A stretch of DNA of 64,000 bases from an uncultured beta proteobacterium (GTDB lineage: Bacteria > Pseudomonadota > Gammaproteobacteria > Burkholderiales > Burkholderiaceae): positions 15,916 to 79,915 of the forward strand of contig CAIMZP010000059.1 of the NCBI GenBank assembly GCA_903846025.1. Direction: 5' to 3'. This document shows positions 50,871-64,000 of the stretch, in pieces. How positions within the stretch are numbered: position 1 is the stretch's first letter; every line of letters starts with the position of its first letter. The position numbers were made by a program, and so were the translations under genes. The notes below the pieces were generated by a model. The model did no database searches. It worked only from the letters and a program-made list of their open reading frames with translations, and had not been told where the DNA came from.

Positions 50871-53800
50871 GTGCAACTGAAATCCATCAAACTTTCCGGC
50901 TTTAAGTCTTTCGTCGACCCAACTCATTTTGAAATGCCAGGTCAATTGATCGGCGTTGTGGGTCCTAATGGATGCGGAAAGTCGAACATTATTGACGCCG
51001 TCCGTTGGGTTTTAGGCGAATCCCGCGCGAGTGAGTTGCGTGGCGAATCCATGCAGGATGTTATTTTTAACGGCTCTGGCTTACGCAAGCCATCGGGCCG
51101 TGCTAGTGTCGAACTCATTTTTGATAATACTGACGGGCGTGCACAGGGTCAGTGGAGTGTATTTACTGAGTTGTCAGTTAAGCGTGTATTAACTCGTGAT
51201 GGTAACTCTAGTTACTACGTGAATAATCAAGTTGTTCGCCGTAAGGACATTCAAGATATTTTCTTGGGAACCGGAATGGGTCCAAGAGGCTACGCAATTA
51301 TTGGGCAAGGCACCATTAACCGTATTTTGGAAGCCAAGCCAGAAGAGCTGCGCATCTTTTTGGAAGAGGCGGCTGGTGTATCTAAATATAAAGAGCGCCG
51401 TAAAGAAACGGCTTCTCGTCTTGAGGATACTAAAGAGAACTTAGTACGTGTTGAAGATATTGTGCGTGAGCTTGACCAGCAACTTACACGTCTAGAGAAG
51501 CAAGCTACTGTTGCTGAGCGCCATGCTGAACTATCTATAGAGATGAAGGCTCAGCAGCAGCTACTTTGGTTTGTCCGTCAGACAGAGGCCGGTAAAGAGC
51601 AAGAGCGCCATGCCAATGGGATTCGGGACACTCAAGTGAGTCTGGAAGAGCAAACTGCCAAAATGCGTCATGCAGAAACCGAGCTCGAGACTATGCGTAC
51701 GCAGCAGTACGCATTGCAAGACAAAGTTTCTCAAGCGCAAGGTGATTTGTACCAAACTAACTCTGATGTCAGCCAGGTAGAGTCACAAATACGTTATGTG
51801 CAGGAAGCGCGTCAACGTTTACAGCAACAGACCCAAGAACTGCATGCGCAGCTACAACGCTGGACTGTGCAAGAAACAGATGCCGCGCAGGCGCAACGCA
51901 CTACAGAGCATGAGCTGAGTTTAGCCTCTGAAAAAGAGCGAGCTTTACTGACGGATTTGACGGATTTACAAGGGCAACTGCCTAGTCGTGATGAGGCTTA
52001 CCAAATTAATGCGCGCGAATTAAATAATGCACGTGATGGATTGGCAGTAATCGAACAGCGTTTAGCTAGCTTAGGTGAACGTGTGAGATCCATGATTGCG
52101 CAGGTCGAAGAAATTAAAGGTCGTGAGACACGTTTAAGCAGTGAGTTTGATGGTTTACGTAAGCCAGACGCTGAAGCCTTGCAAACAGCACTTGATCGTC
52201 ATGCAATGGCCGTACGTAAGGTTGATGAAGCAAAACAAAAAGCAGGGGAGGCGCAGCAACGTGTGCCCGCAGCCGACGAGGCTCGCAATATTGCCCAACA
52301 AAATATTCAAGCGGCAAATCAAGACTTAGCTCAAACTGAGGCTAAGTTAACTGCACTAACCGCATTGCAGGCCAGCGTTCAGGCGCAGGGCAAGATTGGT
52401 CCCTGGCTTGAGAGCAAGGGATTAAAGGAAAGTAAGCGTCTTTGGCAGGAGCTCAAAGTAGAGAGCGGATGGGAGGCTGCCCTAGAGTCTGTGTTGCGTG
52501 AACGCTTGGCCGCGGTAACTTCTAAGAGTGTTCAAGAAACATTGTCATTGGCACAGGATGCGCCACCAAGTCGTTTAGCTATTTTGTTGACTGAAGACAT
52601 TTCGCCTGCGCATACTGCTGCTCCAGCCGATTTCATACCATTGCTCACCCGCGTGCAAAGTGCGGGGGCGCCACGCATATCTTCAGTTCTGCAGGAGTGG
52701 CTCGACAACATTTATATCGCCGATGGTTTAGAGGATGCACTACAACGGCGAGAAAAATTACCTGCTGGTGGAGCATTGGTGACTCAACAGGGGCATTTAG
52801 TCAGCCGCGTTGGCGTCCAGTTGTATGCGGCAGACTCAGAGCAGGCTGGTATGTTGGCTCGTGCTCAAGAGATGGAGAGTCTTGAGAAGCAGTTGCGTGC
52901 GCAACGCTTAATTCAAAATGAGTTACAAAGTGAATTAGATCAATGTGCGTCGAATTATCAGGCTGCACACCAAGCTGCAGAGCAGACGCGGATCTATGCA
53001 GAACAAGCGGTGCAGGAAGTGCATGGCTTTGAAGTGGAGAGAATGCAACTAACTCAAGCACAAGAGCAATATAGCCAACGTGCCGCACAAATTCAGAGTG
53101 AGTTAAGCGAGTTACGTGAGCAAATGGAGCAATTGAACTTCACGCACGAACAATCCACGACCGAATTGGCGCAATCTGAAGAAGAAAAACAAGGCAGTCA
53201 AGAAACTCTGGCAATTGCACTGGAAAAATTAGAATTTGCCACCCAAGAACGTGATCGCTTACGCGAGGCTTTGCGTGCTGCAGAGTTATCGGCGCAAGAG
53301 GCTGCTTTTGCCACCCGCTCTTTGCAGCAGCGGATTGCTGATCTTCAGCGCGACCAAAGTACTGCACGTACTCAGATCATGGAAATCCAAGATAAACAGG
53401 CCTTGGCAGAACAAGAACTTGAGGTCTTAAGTGACGCCGAGGCCCAAGAGAAGCTACAGGATTTACTAGTAGCCCGTAGCGAGCGGGAATCCTTGTTGGC
53501 AAATGCACGTACCGAGCAAGATGCTTTACTGCATCAATTACGTGAAGCCGATGAGGTCCGCATGCAAATAGAGCGCGGCTTACAGCCTATGCGTGACAAA
53601 GTGGTTGATTTGCAATTGCGTGAACAAGCAGCCCGCTTGAATTTTGAACAATTCGCCACCTTACTATCCGATGCAGAGGCCGATCTAATTGCGCTAGAAG
53701 CCAACTTTCATCCCGACCTTAAAGTAGGCGCACTACAGAGTGATGTGACTCGTTTGGGTACTGAGATTCAATCTTTAGGCCCAGTTAATATGGCCGCTTT

Positions 53801-54392
53801 GGATGAGTTGTCCAGCTCGCGTGAACGCAAATCTTTCTTGGATGCTCAGTCGGCCGATTTGAATGAGGCAATGCAAACCTTAACCGATGCGATTGCAAAG
53901 ATCGATGCTGAAACGCGCGATTTATTGCAAGGTACTTTCGATGAGGTTAATAAGCACTTTGGGATACTTTTCCCTGAATTGTTTGGTGGCGGTCATGCTG
54001 AGCTAGTAATGACAGGTGAAGAGATCTTAGATGCCGGTGTCCAAGTAATGGCTCAGCCCCCAGGGAAGAAGAACACCACCATTTACTTGCTTTCTGGAGG
54101 TGAAAAGGCCTTAACAGCTATCGCTTTAGTGTTCTCGCTATTCCTCCTAAATCCAGCACCATTTTGCTTGCTTGATGAGGTCGATGCCCCCTTAGATGAT
54201 GCAAACACCTTGCGCTATGCGCAGATGGTGGCCAAAATGTCAGATAAGACCCAGTTTGTATTCATCTCACATAATAAGATCACTATGGAAATCGCACATC
54301 AGCTGATTGGTGTGACCATGCAAGAGCAGGGCGTTTCCCGTATTGTTGCGGTGGATATTTCATCCGCTGTCTCTATGGTGGAGGCAGCTTAA
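50871..54392 (+). CDS. smc: Chromosome segregation protein SMC
   Basis: GFKSF, GPNGCGKSN Walker A, long coiled coils with hinge, LSGGE signature, LLDEVDAPLD. Confidence 0.98.
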   Translation: MQLKSIKLSGFKSFVDPTHFEMPGQLIGVVGPNGCGKSNIIDAVRWVLGESRASELRGESMQDVIFNGSGLRKPSGRASVELIFDNTDGRAQGQWSVFTELSVKRVLTRDGNSSYYVNNQVVRRKDIQDIFLGTGMGPRGYAIIGQGTINRILEAKPEELRIFLEEAAGVSKYKERRKETASRLEDTKENLVRVEDIVRELDQQLTRLEKQATVAERHAELSIEMKAQQQLLWFVRQTEAGKEQERHANGIRDTQVSLEEQTAKMRHAETELETMRTQQYALQDKVSQAQGDLYQTNSDVSQVESQIRYVQEARQRLQQQTQELHAQLQRWTVQETDAAQAQRTTEHELSLASEKERALLTDLTDLQGQLPSRDEAYQINARELNNARDGLAVIEQRLASLGERVRSMIAQVEEIKGRETRLSSEFDGLRKPDAEALQTALDRHAMAVRKVDEAKQKAGEAQQRVPAADEARNIAQQNIQAANQDLAQTEAKLTALTALQASVQAQGKIGPWLESKGLKESKRLWQELKVESGWEAALESVLRERLAAVTSKSVQETLSLAQDAPPSRLAILLTEDISPAHTAAPADFIPLLTRVQSAGAPRISSVLQEWLDNIYIADGLEDALQRREKLPAGGALVTQQGHLVSRVGVQLYAADSEQAGMLARAQEMESLEKQLRAQRLIQNELQSELDQCASNYQAAHQAAEQTRIYAEQAVQEVHGFEVERMQLTQAQEQYSQRAAQIQSELSELREQMEQLNFTHEQSTTELAQSEEEKQGSQETLAIALEKLEFATQERDRLREALRAAELSAQEAAFATRSLQQRIADLQRDQSTARTQIMEIQDKQALAEQELEVLSDAEAQEKLQDLLVARSERESLLANARTEQDALLHQLREADEVRMQIERGLQPMRDKVVDLQLREQAARLNFEQFATLLSDAEADLIALEANFHPDLKVGALQSDVTRLGTEIQSLGPVNMAALDELSSSRERKSFLDAQSADLNEAMQTLTDAIAKIDAETRDLLQGTFDEVNKHFGILFPELFGGGHAELVMTGEEILDAGVQVMAQPPGKKNTTIYLLSGGEKALTAIALVFSLFLLNPAPFCLLDEVDAPLDDANTLRYAQMVAKMSDKTQFVFISHNKITMEIAHQLIGVTMQEQGVSRIVAVDISSAVSMVEAA

Positions 54393-55469
54393 GTGAATTT
54401 TGAGCAAATCATGGCTACTCTAGGGTTATCTGAGTTGCAATTTGCTCTACTTGTGATTGGCTTCTTAATTTTGCTATTGGTTGCCATCCTAAATTTTAAA
54501 TATGCGCGTGCTCGTCATAAGGCGAGAGTGGCTGGTGTGTTTGTAGCGGATGATCCATTTGCTCGGGAACCTCATTTTGGGCATACTTTTTCAGACAATA
54601 GTAATGGCGATCGTTCCGAGCCTAGCTTTGGTGAAAAATTTATGCCTACAATCGCCGAGCCAGTTAACTTCTCGATTGATCCTAGGATTGACTGCGTCAT
54701 TACACTTCGCTTTGATGAGGGTATTGGCGGCGCAGAAATTTTAGAAGAAATTAATACTTGGACAGATTTGCAAGCTCAAGCGACCACCCCTTGGATGTGT
54801 GAAGGCTTGAATGCTGATATTGATGCTGCCGAAGACTGGGAGAAATTACGCGCTGAAGCTTCTTATGCCGAACTTCAATTAGCTATTCAATTGGCAGGCC
54901 GTCGCGGTCCAATTGGGGTGCTCGAGCTATCCGATTTTTGTTCTCGTGCGCAAACGCTTGCAGAAACGTTGGGCTCTCAAATCGATATGCCAAGCGTAAA
55001 TACGATGCTAGAAGGGGCTAAAGAGTTGGATGTAATGGCTGTTGAGAGCGATATTCAGCTGAGTATTAATGTGCTTTTTGACGAGCCATGCCCATGGGGA
55101 AACTTTGATGCCTTGATGCGTCAACGTGGATTTAAATTAGCTCGTAACGGCAGGCAATATGAGTATTTTAGTAATAACACCTTAATCTTTAACAGTGCAG
55201 AACTGAATCCTAATCAAGCCATTACTCAGCTAACCCTTCTTTTGGAGGTGCCTTTGGTTCCGCAGGAGGAGCGCGCATTTGAACGCATGCTTGGTGAGGG
55301 AGTTGAGTTAGCCAAAATTGCACATGGTCGCTTGGTGGACGATGGCGGCATCAATCTGACTGGAGCGGCAGTGACTAGCATCCGTCAACATCTGGATGTG
55401 CTTTATGCTAATCTTGAAAAGAACGGTGTTCCAGCAGGATCTTCCACTGCTAGCAGACTTTTTAGCTAA
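54393..55469 (+). CDS. zipA: ZipA-like cell division protein (N-terminal TM, C-terminal FtsZ-binding domain)
   Basis: N-terminal TM helix, LQLAIQLAGRRG, LLLEVP, GRLVDD; smc-zipA-ligA synteny. Confidence 0.8.
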   Translation: MNFEQIMATLGLSELQFALLVIGFLILLLVAILNFKYARARHKARVAGVFVADDPFAREPHFGHTFSDNSNGDRSEPSFGEKFMPTIAEPVNFSIDPRIDCVITLRFDEGIGGAEILEEINTWTDLQAQATTPWMCEGLNADIDAAEDWEKLRAEASYAELQLAIQLAGRRGPIGVLELSDFCSRAQTLAETLGSQIDMPSVNTMLEGAKELDVMAVESDIQLSINVLFDEPCPWGNFDALMRQRGFKLARNGRQYEYFSNNTLIFNSAELNPNQAITQLTLLLEVPLVPQEERAFERMLGEGVELAKIAHGRLVDDGGINLTGAAVTSIRQHLDVLYANLEKNGVPAGSSTASRLFS

Positions 55470-57494
<2,025 letters not shown>

Positions 57495-57502
57495 GTGGTT
57501 AA

Positions 57503-60106
57503 TTAAACCCCAAGAACCTCGAGTAATTCTGTCTCCAGCAAGATTTGGAGTTTAGGATTTTTGCTTAGGTTCGCAGCATCTAGGAGAAGTACATCCTCCA
57601 CTCTTTCGCCCAAAGTATTAATACGCGCCGTGTGTAGTGAGACGTGATGCTTTGCTAAAACTCGTGAGATTGCATACAACAAACCCGTTCGATCGCTTGC
57701 TGACAGAGAGAGTGCATAGTAGTGCCCACGTTCATCGGGTATGACGTGTACACGAGCCTGAATCGGAAAGGTGCGGGACTGCCGAGAGAGTCTGCCCATG
57801 CTTGGAGGGGGTAGGGCATCGGTATTTTGTAGGGCAGCAGTCAGTTCATATTCAACCAACTGAATAAGGTCTCTATAGCTACCGCCCTCATCAACCAAAT
57901 TGCTGCCGGAAATTTGGAAGGTATCAAGAGCATAACCATGGCGGGTAGTATGAATGCGAGCATCCCAAATGGAGAAGCCGTGCCGCTCAAAGTAGGCGCA
58001 GATTCTGGAGAATAAATCCGATTGGTCTTTAACGTAGACTGCAATTTGCAAGCCTTCACCAATGGGGGAAAGTCTTGCACGTACGATAGGCTCTACGCTA
58101 TCGACCTTATTAAATAGATGACGTGTTAACCAAGCAATCTCACCGGCATCTTGCCTTAAATAGAAGGCAACATCGAGTTGATTCCAGAGATTCTCATAAG
58201 CAGAGTCCTCAATGCCATAAAGGCGTAACTTGGCGCGAGATTCTTCTTGATGCTGGGCTAATTCAGATGAGGCGTCAGGCTTGGCGCCACCCAAAACCCT
58301 TAGCGTGGCTCGATAAAGGTCTTCTAGTAACTTACCTTTCCAAGCATTCCACACTTTTGGACTGGTGCCACGTACATCGGCTACAGTAAGCAAATATAAA
58401 GCCGTTAGGTGGCGCTCATCACCAACTTTTTTTGCAAAATCTTTCACTACATCAGGATCAGTAATGTCTTGTTTTTGCGCAACCTGACTCATATTGAGAT
58501 GTTCTGCTACTAACCATACTACAAGCTCGGTATCTGACTTGTCTAGATTATGATCTTTCGCAAACTTCCGCATATCGGCTTTACCCAACTGGGAGTGGTC
58601 GCCACCACGACCTTTGGCGATATCGTGAAATAGTGCGGCAATGACGAGAAGCCAGGGTTTTTCAAAGTGTGCGATTAATCTACTGCAGAAAGGAAATTCG
58701 TGGGTGTGTTCAATCACCATAAAGCGCCGAATATTCCGCAACACCATTAAAATATGCTGGTCAACCGTGTAAACATGAAAAAGATCATGCTGCATTTGCC
58801 CGACAATTTTCCTAAATGCTGGTAAATATCGACCAAGCACGCTACTACGGTTCATTAATTGAAACGCGCGACTTACGCCCTCGGGTTGTTTCAATATTTC
58901 AATAAAGAGCGCACGGTTAATTGGGTTGGAGCGCCACTTGCTATCCATATTCTGCCTAGCGTTATAAAGCGCTCTGAAAATGGTTGCAGACAAACTTTTC
59001 ACATTAGTGGTTTGTGCGAAAACTAAAAAAGTTCTCAGAATTTGCTCTGGATCTTTTTGATAGAGTTGTGGATCAGTAATATCTAAAACACCCTGACGCT
59101 CAATAAAGCATTCGTTACCTTCACCAGGAATGGGATGTGTTGTTTTAGATTCCTGAGGGAACAATAGGGCTTCAATATTTTGCAAAAGCACATCATTTAA
59201 TTGAGTGACTGCTTTGGCGGCCCAGTAATACTTTCTCATAATGGCTTCACTCGCAATACGTGAGGATTCCTCAGTAATCCCCATTGATTTTGCTAATGCG
59301 GCCTGTAAATCAAAGGCTAATACATCTTGTCTACGCCCCGCTATCAAATGCAGGTTGGCGCGAATAGTTTCCAAAAGTCGTTGATTGCGGTTCAACTCAG
59401 TTAATTCACGCTTTGTGACTAGACCTGCTTCATTCAAGTCTTTAAAAGTATTACCTAAGAGTGCTGCCTTGCTAACCCATAAGATCACTTGCAGATCACG
59501 TAAGCCACCAGGACTTTCTTTGCAATTGGGCTCTAAGGAGTAAGGGGTGTTTTGATATTTATAGTGACGCTGAATTTGTTCCGCAAGTTTCGCCTGAAAA
59601 AACGATTTTGGATCAAGCGTTTTTTCGTAAGCGGATGTAAATTCTTTGAAGAGGGCTCGCTTGCCACAAATGAGACGTGACTCCAATAAAGAGGTCCGCA
59701 CTGTAATATCTTGTTCAGCCTCCGAAATACATTCCGCTACCGTTCGCACTGATGAGCCTATCTCTAAACCAGTATCCCAGCATTGCGCTACAAATTTTTC
59801 AATCTTGCCGGTGAGCACTTGCTCAACAAACTTTTTGTCGCTGGGCAATAAAATGAGAATATCGATATCAGAATAGGGAAACAGTGCTCCTCGGCCAAAC
59901 CCTCCAACAGCAACGAGTGCAGCATCGGCATTAAGATCGCAGGCATTCCAAAGGCTAATTAATAACTCATCACTTAACTTGCTTAATTGCTTAGTAAGTT
60001 GACCAACTTGTTGATTGGCGTGAAACCTTGAATAAGCCACTTCGCGCTCAGCTCGAAGAGTGGCGATATCCGTAATTCGCTGAGTGCTAAGGTCAATGCA
60101 GTCCAT
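57503..60106 (-). CDS. glnD: [Protein-PII] uridylyltransferase
   Basis: AVGGFGRG...SDIDIL, GGLRDL, HVYTVDQH, LFHDIAKGRGGDHS, two ACT domains. Confidence 0.96.
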   Translation of the reverse strand: MDCIDLSTQRITDIATLRAEREVAYSRFHANQQVGQLTKQLSKLSDELLISLWNACDLNADAALVAVGGFGRGALFPYSDIDILILLPSDKKFVEQVLTGKIEKFVAQCWDTGLEIGSSVRTVAECISEAEQDITVRTSLLESRLICGKRALFKEFTSAYEKTLDPKSFFQAKLAEQIQRHYKYQNTPYSLEPNCKESPGGLRDLQVILWVSKAALLGNTFKDLNEAGLVTKRELTELNRNQRLLETIRANLHLIAGRRQDVLAFDLQAALAKSMGITEESSRIASEAIMRKYYWAAKAVTQLNDVLLQNIEALLFPQESKTTHPIPGEGNECFIERQGVLDITDPQLYQKDPEQILRTFLVFAQTTNVKSLSATIFRALYNARQNMDSKWRSNPINRALFIEILKQPEGVSRAFQLMNRSSVLGRYLPAFRKIVGQMQHDLFHVYTVDQHILMVLRNIRRFMVIEHTHEFPFCSRLIAHFEKPWLLVIAALFHDIAKGRGGDHSQLGKADMRKFAKDHNLDKSDTELVVWLVAEHLNMSQVAQKQDITDPDVVKDFAKKVGDERHLTALYLLTVADVRGTSPKVWNAWKGKLLEDLYRATLRVLGGAKPDASSELAQHQEESRAKLRLYGIEDSAYENLWNQLDVAFYLRQDAGEIAWLTRHLFNKVDSVEPIVRARLSPIGEGLQIAVYVKDQSDLFSRICAYFERHGFSIWDARIHTTRHGYALDTFQISGSNLVDEGGSYRDLIQLVEYELTAALQNTDALPPPSMGRLSRQSRTFPIQARVHVIPDERGHYYALSLSASDRTGLLYAISRVLAKHHVSLHTARINTLGERVEDVLLLDAANLSKNPKLQILLETELLEVLGV

Positions 60107-60109
60107 AGC

Positions 60110-60946
60110 CTAGGTGTTAACTGGAGTGGGCCTAAAGGAAAGGTCTTTAACACAATCTGGGGGTGGATTACTCCCTTCTGACCATGTAAGCACTTCCACG
60201 CCAGTTGGCGTAACTAGAAGGGTATGCTCCCATTGCGCAGAAAGACTACGATCTTTTGTTTTGACCGTCCATTGATCTGACATTGTTCGAATTTCACGGC
60301 GACCTGCATTAATCATGGGTTCGATGGTGAAAGTCATGCCGGCTTCTAATTTTTCACCTGTACCAGCTCGCCCATAGTGAAGAATTTGTGGGTCTTGATG
60401 AAATACTTTGCCAATCCCGTGGCCGCAGTATTCCCTAACAACGGAGTAGCCCGCATTTTCAGCGTGTGTTTGAATAACATGGCCTATGTCGCCTAAGGTG
60501 GCGCCTGGTTTGACTTTGGCAATTCCAAGCCAAAGGCACTCAAAGGTAATTTGAGTGAGGCGCTTAGCCATAACGGAGACCTCGCCCACCATAAACATGC
60601 GACTGGTATCGCCGTAATAGCCATCGGGAGTAATGACGGTGATATCTAAATTCACAACATCACCCGTTTTGAGGATCTTTTCCCCTGGAATGCCATGGCA
60701 GATCACATCATTGACTGAGGTGCAAATTGATCCTGGAAATGGTGGGTAACCGGGTGGCTGGTAATTGAGTGGCGCAGGTATGGTCTTTTGAACATCGCGC
60801 ATGTACTCATGGCAAATACGATCTAATTCCCCTGTGCTGACTCCTGCCTTGACATGGGGGGCGACATGGTCAATAACTTCACTGGCTAAGCGACCAGCTT
60901 CACGCATCCCTTGGATGTCTTTTTCTGCGGTAAATAAACTATTCAT
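60110..60946 (-). CDS. map: Methionine aminopeptidase (type I)
   Basis: CHGIP, DITV...GDTSR, YCGHGIG, FTIEPM, SAQWEHT. Confidence 0.97.
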   Translation of the reverse strand: MNSLFTAEKDIQGMREAGRLASEVIDHVAPHVKAGVSTGELDRICHEYMRDVQKTIPAPLNYQPPGYPPFPGSICTSVNDVICHGIPGEKILKTGDVVNLDITVITPDGYYGDTSRMFMVGEVSVMAKRLTQITFECLWLGIAKVKPGATLGDIGHVIQTHAENAGYSVVREYCGHGIGKVFHQDPQILHYGRAGTGEKLEAGMTFTIEPMINAGRREIRTMSDQWTVKTKDRSLSAQWEHTLLVTPTGVEVLTWSEGSNPPPDCVKDLSFRPTPVNT

Positions 60947-61124
60947 ACCGCGATTATCGGTGACTTGGTAGTTTTTAGCTGATGACTATTTCCTAAATAT
61001 TGAGCTATGCGCTCTATATTGGTGCTAAACGAAGTTTCTTGTTGGACATAAAAGCGCAGGAGTTGGGTGCTAGATGACTGATATTTAAGCTATAATTTCG
61101 GTCTCAGGTCAATTTTTGATTTGA

Positions 61125-61205
61125 AATCGCGGGTTGAGCCTTCCAGGGTGGCGTTTTTTAGCGCAGCTAGGGCCCAATCTTAGAACACAACCCTTAGGAG
61201 AAGTT
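61125..61205 (+). promoter_or_regulatory. rpsB 5' leader (S2 autoregulatory RNA element)
   Basis: Follows TATAAT at 61091-61096. Stem TTGAGCC/GGCCCAA, with GGGT (61146-61149) complementary to the ACCC of AACCC (61189-61193) next to the SD, as in the known rpsB leader. Confidence 0.5.
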
Positions 61206-61955
61206 ATGTCAGTAACAATGCGTCAGATGCTAGAAGCCGGTTGCCATTTTGGACACCAAACACGTTTCTGGTCCCCAAAGATGGCCCCATATATTTTCGG
61301 CCATCGTAATAAAATCCACATTATCAACCTGGAAAAAACATTGCCAATGTTTCAGGACGCCCTGAAATTTTCCAAGCAAATTGCCGCTAATCGTGGAACT
61401 ATTTTATTTGTAGGCACTAAGCGCCAGTCGCGCGAGATTATTGCCGAAGAAGCGACTCGTGCAGGAATGCCTTACATCGACAGCCGTTGGTTAGGCGGCA
61501 CGCTCACCAACTTTAAAACAGTTAAAGGCTCTCTCAAACGTTTGAAAGATATGGCTGTTGCTAAAGAAGCTGGCGACTGGGAAAAACTCTCGAAGAAAGA
61601 GGCTTTAACTAACGATCGCGATCTAGACAAGTTGCAAAAAGCACTTGGCGGTATTCAAGATTTAAATGGTGTTCCTGATGCTATATTTGTAGTCGATGTT
61701 GGCTATCACAAAATTGCTATTACTGAAGCCAATAAACTTGGCATCCCTGTAATTGCTGTAGTAGATACCAATCACTCACCTGAGGGAATTGATTACATCA
61801 TTCCTGGTAACGACGACTCCAGCAAAGCGGTCCTTCTATATGCGCGCGGTATTGCTGATGCAATCCTTGAAGGTAAATCAAGTTCAGTTCAAGAAATCTT
61901 GACCGCCGTTAAAGAAGGTGAAGAAGAGTTTGTTGAAGAAGGGAAGGCTGAATAA
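61206..61955 (+). CDS. rpsB: 30S ribosomal protein S2
   Basis: [50 protein letters not shown] supports ATG at 61206. Confidence 0.98.
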   Translation: MSVTMRQMLEAGCHFGHQTRFWSPKMAPYIFGHRNKIHIINLEKTLPMFQDALKFSKQIAANRGTILFVGTKRQSREIIAEEATRAGMPYIDSRWLGGTLTNFKTVKGSLKRLKDMAVAKEAGDWEKLSKKEALTNDRDLDKLQKALGGIQDLNGVPDAIFVVDVGYHKIAITEANKLGIPVIAVVDTNHSPEGIDYIIPGNDDSSKAVLLYARGIADAILEGKSSSVQEILTAVKEGEEEFVEEGKAE

Positions 61956-62836
61956 TGGCCGTTATTACTGCTGCAATGGTTGGTGAGTTACGCGCCAAGA
62001 CTGACGCCCCAATGATGGAGTGCAAAAAAGCACTAACCGAAGCTGATGGCGATATGGCGAGAGCCGAAGAAATTCTGCGCGTCAAGTTGGGTAGCAAAGC
62101 CGGTAAAGCCGCATCCCGTGTGACCGCTGAAGGTGTTATAGCTGCATTTATCAACGGAAGTACAGGCGCCTTGCTTGAGGTAAATTGCGAAACGGATTTC
62201 GTTTCAAAGAATGATGACTTTCTGGCTTTCACACAAGACTGCGTGAAGTTGGTTGCTGAGAAGAACCCAGCTGATGTAGCGGCTTTGCTAGCATTGCCAC
62301 TAAATGGCTCTACTGTAGACGCTGTACGCGCTGAGATAATCGGTCGTATAGGTGAAAATGTAATGCCACGCCGTTTCCAACGTTTTGCAGGTAGCAGTAA
62401 ATTGGTTTCTTATCTTCATGACACCCGTATTGGCGTGATGGTTGAGTATGAGGGTGATGACACTGCGGCTAAAGACGTTGCCATGCATATTGCCGCAATG
62501 AAGCCGGTTGCTTTATCTATGGATGATGTACCTGCTGCAGCTATTGCTATTGAGCGCAATGTTGCTGTTCAAAAAGCAGCAGAATCTGGCAAGCCACCAG
62601 AAATTGTTGCAAAAATGGTTGAAGGTTCTGTACAGAAATACCTCAAAGAGGTTTCTTTGCTGAACCAAACTTTCGTTAAAAACGACAAGCAATCCGTTGA
62701 GCAAATGCTTAAGGCTGCCAATACAGTGGTTAAGGGCTTCAAGATGTATGTTGTGGGCGAGGGTATTGAGAAGCGTCACGACGACTTTGCGGCTGAAGTA
62801 GCTGCTCAGGTTGCCGCAGCTCAAGCTACCACTTAA
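61955..62836 (+). CDS. tsf: Elongation factor Ts
   Basis: [37 protein letters not shown]. Confidence 0.98.
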   Translation: MAVITAAMVGELRAKTDAPMMECKKALTEADGDMARAEEILRVKLGSKAGKAASRVTAEGVIAAFINGSTGALLEVNCETDFVSKNDDFLAFTQDCVKLVAEKNPADVAALLALPLNGSTVDAVRAEIIGRIGENVMPRRFQRFAGSSKLVSYLHDTRIGVMVEYEGDDTAAKDVAMHIAAMKPVALSMDDVPAAAIAIERNVAVQKAAESGKPPEIVAKMVEGSVQKYLKEVSLLNQTFVKNDKQSVEQMLKAANTVVKGFKMYVVGEGIEKRHDDFAAEVAAQVAAAQATT

Positions 62837-62884
62837 TCAACCTGCTAGTAGCTGGAGGAGTATCTCGGCCATCCCGCAATCCTC

Positions 62885-62920
62885 AAAAGGGCATAGAAAC
62901 CTCGGTTTTTATGCCCTTTT
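62885..62920 (+). terminator. Rho-independent terminator after tsf
   Basis: AAAAGGGCATAGAAAC-CTCG-GTTTTTATGCCCTTTT. Confidence 0.8.
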
Positions 62921-63026
62921 GTTTGATCTCCTCCCAACCCTTATAATTACGCAAAGAAATTAAAAATAACTCAAGCTAAATAAGCTAAGTAATTGAATTA
63001 CTTAACAAATTACGGAAAATGAAACG

Positions 63027-63737
63027 ATGCCAGCCTATAAACGTGTTCTTTTAAAACTTTCTGGTGAAGCTTTGATGGGGGAGGATGCTTTTGGTATCAA
63101 TCCCATAACCATTGATTCAATGGTCAAAGAAATTGCTGAGGTGGTCAATAGCGGTGTTCAATTGGCAATTGTCATCGGCGGCGGTAATATTTTTCGCGGG
63201 GTTGCAGGTGGTGCTGCTGGTATGGATCGTGCAACAGCGGATTACATGGGAATGTTGGCTACGATCATGAACTCTTTGGCACTGCAAGATGCGCTGCGTC
63301 AAAAAGGGGTTGAGGCTCGTGTGCAATCTGCCTTGAGAGTGGATCAGGTAGTTGAGCCTTATATTCGCCCTCGTGCGATTCGTGCGCTGAGTGAAGGCAA
63401 AGTAGTGATCTTTGCAGCAGGTACTGGCAATCCATTTTTCACAACCGATACCGCAGCTGCTTTACGCGGAGCGGAAATGGGTGTTGAGATCATGCTAAAG
63501 GCCACCAAGGTAGATGGTATTTACAGCGCAGATCCACATAAAGATTCTAGCGCTACTTTATATAAAACTATTACGTTTGATGAGGCTTTAATTAAAAATT
63601 TACAGGTGATGGATGCAACTGCTTTTGCATTGTGCCGTGACCGAAAATTACCAGTCAAAGTATTTTCGATACTGAAGCCAGGCGCTTTAATGCGAGTGGT
63701 TCGAGGTGAATCTGAAGGTACCTTAGTACACGTTTAA
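63027..63737 (+). CDS. pyrH: Uridylate kinase
   Basis: [40 protein letters not shown]. Confidence 0.98.
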   Translation: MPAYKRVLLKLSGEALMGEDAFGINPITIDSMVKEIAEVVNSGVQLAIVIGGGNIFRGVAGGAAGMDRATADYMGMLATIMNSLALQDALRQKGVEARVQSALRVDQVVEPYIRPRAIRALSEGKVVIFAAGTGNPFFTTDTAAALRGAEMGVEIMLKATKVDGIYSADPHKDSSATLYKTITFDEALIKNLQVMDATAFALCRDRKLPVKVFSILKPGALMRVVRGESEGTLVHV

Positions 63738-63748
63738 TAGGAGGCCTA

Positions 63749-64000
63749 ATGTCTGCAGTAGAAATAAAAAATAATACCGATCAAAAGATGCAAAAGTCTC
63801 TTGATGCGTTAAAAACAAACTTGGCGAAGATTCGCTCGGGTCGTGCTAACCCAGGAATTCTGGAGCACATTCAAGTGGATTACTATGGCAACCCAACACC
63901 CTTAAGTCAGGTGGCTAGTTTGGGTTTGGCTGATGCTAGAACTATTAACGTGCAGCCTTTTGAAAAAAATATGGTTGGCGCTATCGAAAAGGCGATTCGT
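63749..64000 (+). CDS. frr: Ribosome recycling factor (partial, runs off the window)
   Basis: My translation: [56 protein letters not shown]...; SD AGGAGG. Confidence 0.95.
   Translation, partial: MSAVEIKNNTDQKMQKSLDALKTNLAKIRSGRANPGILEHIQVDYYGNPTPLSQVASLGLADARTINVQPFEKNMVGAIEKAIR

Noticed and set aside
61134-61205. Track N-terminal extension of rpsB from TTG 61134
   Set aside because: This is the structured leader; the SD TAGGAG supports ATG at 61206.
62410-62430. EF-Ts reads YLHDTRIG where Gly is the usual residue (YLHGxRIG)
   Set aside because: A single substitution (GAC versus GGC) may be a strain variant or read error; it cannot be evaluated here.

Overview
Bacterial chromosomal window from a betaproteobacterium of the Burkholderiales. 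Gene order, compactness and mid-40s %GC are most consistent with a Polynucleobacter-like genome (pattern recognition, not a database search). Most of the window is housekeeping: thrC-moeA-moaD-moaE, clpB, aceA, phaZ-rsxB-nth, uvrB, the isc Fe-S operon, cysH/D/N, fpr, cysK, recJ-prfB-lysS, lolC/E-lolD-tatD, tRNA-fMet, kup-radA, dapD-dapE-prmB, smc-zipA-ligA, glnD, map and rpsB-tsf-pyrH-frr. I see no transposase, integrase, prophage or CRISPR array. Three accessory-looking patches occur. (i) 2450-5822: XRE regulator, exported hypothetical, winged-helix protein, secreted type-B carboxylesterase, GIY-YIG. (ii) 12108-14817: a tightly coupled four-gene operon of exported proteins around an atypical TolC-family channel with both periplasmic hairpins shortened and no adaptor or transporter gene. 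This is the best candidate for an undescribed system. (iii) 43164-43565: an AT-rich lipoprotein gene behind tRNA-fMet. Other notable points are a sulfate-reduction operon with no sulfite reductase, headed by a 54-aa ORF absent from the track whose ribosome-binding site lies in a switchable hairpin, an anchor-less orphan RnfB coupled to nth, and the programmed +1 frameshift in prfB.
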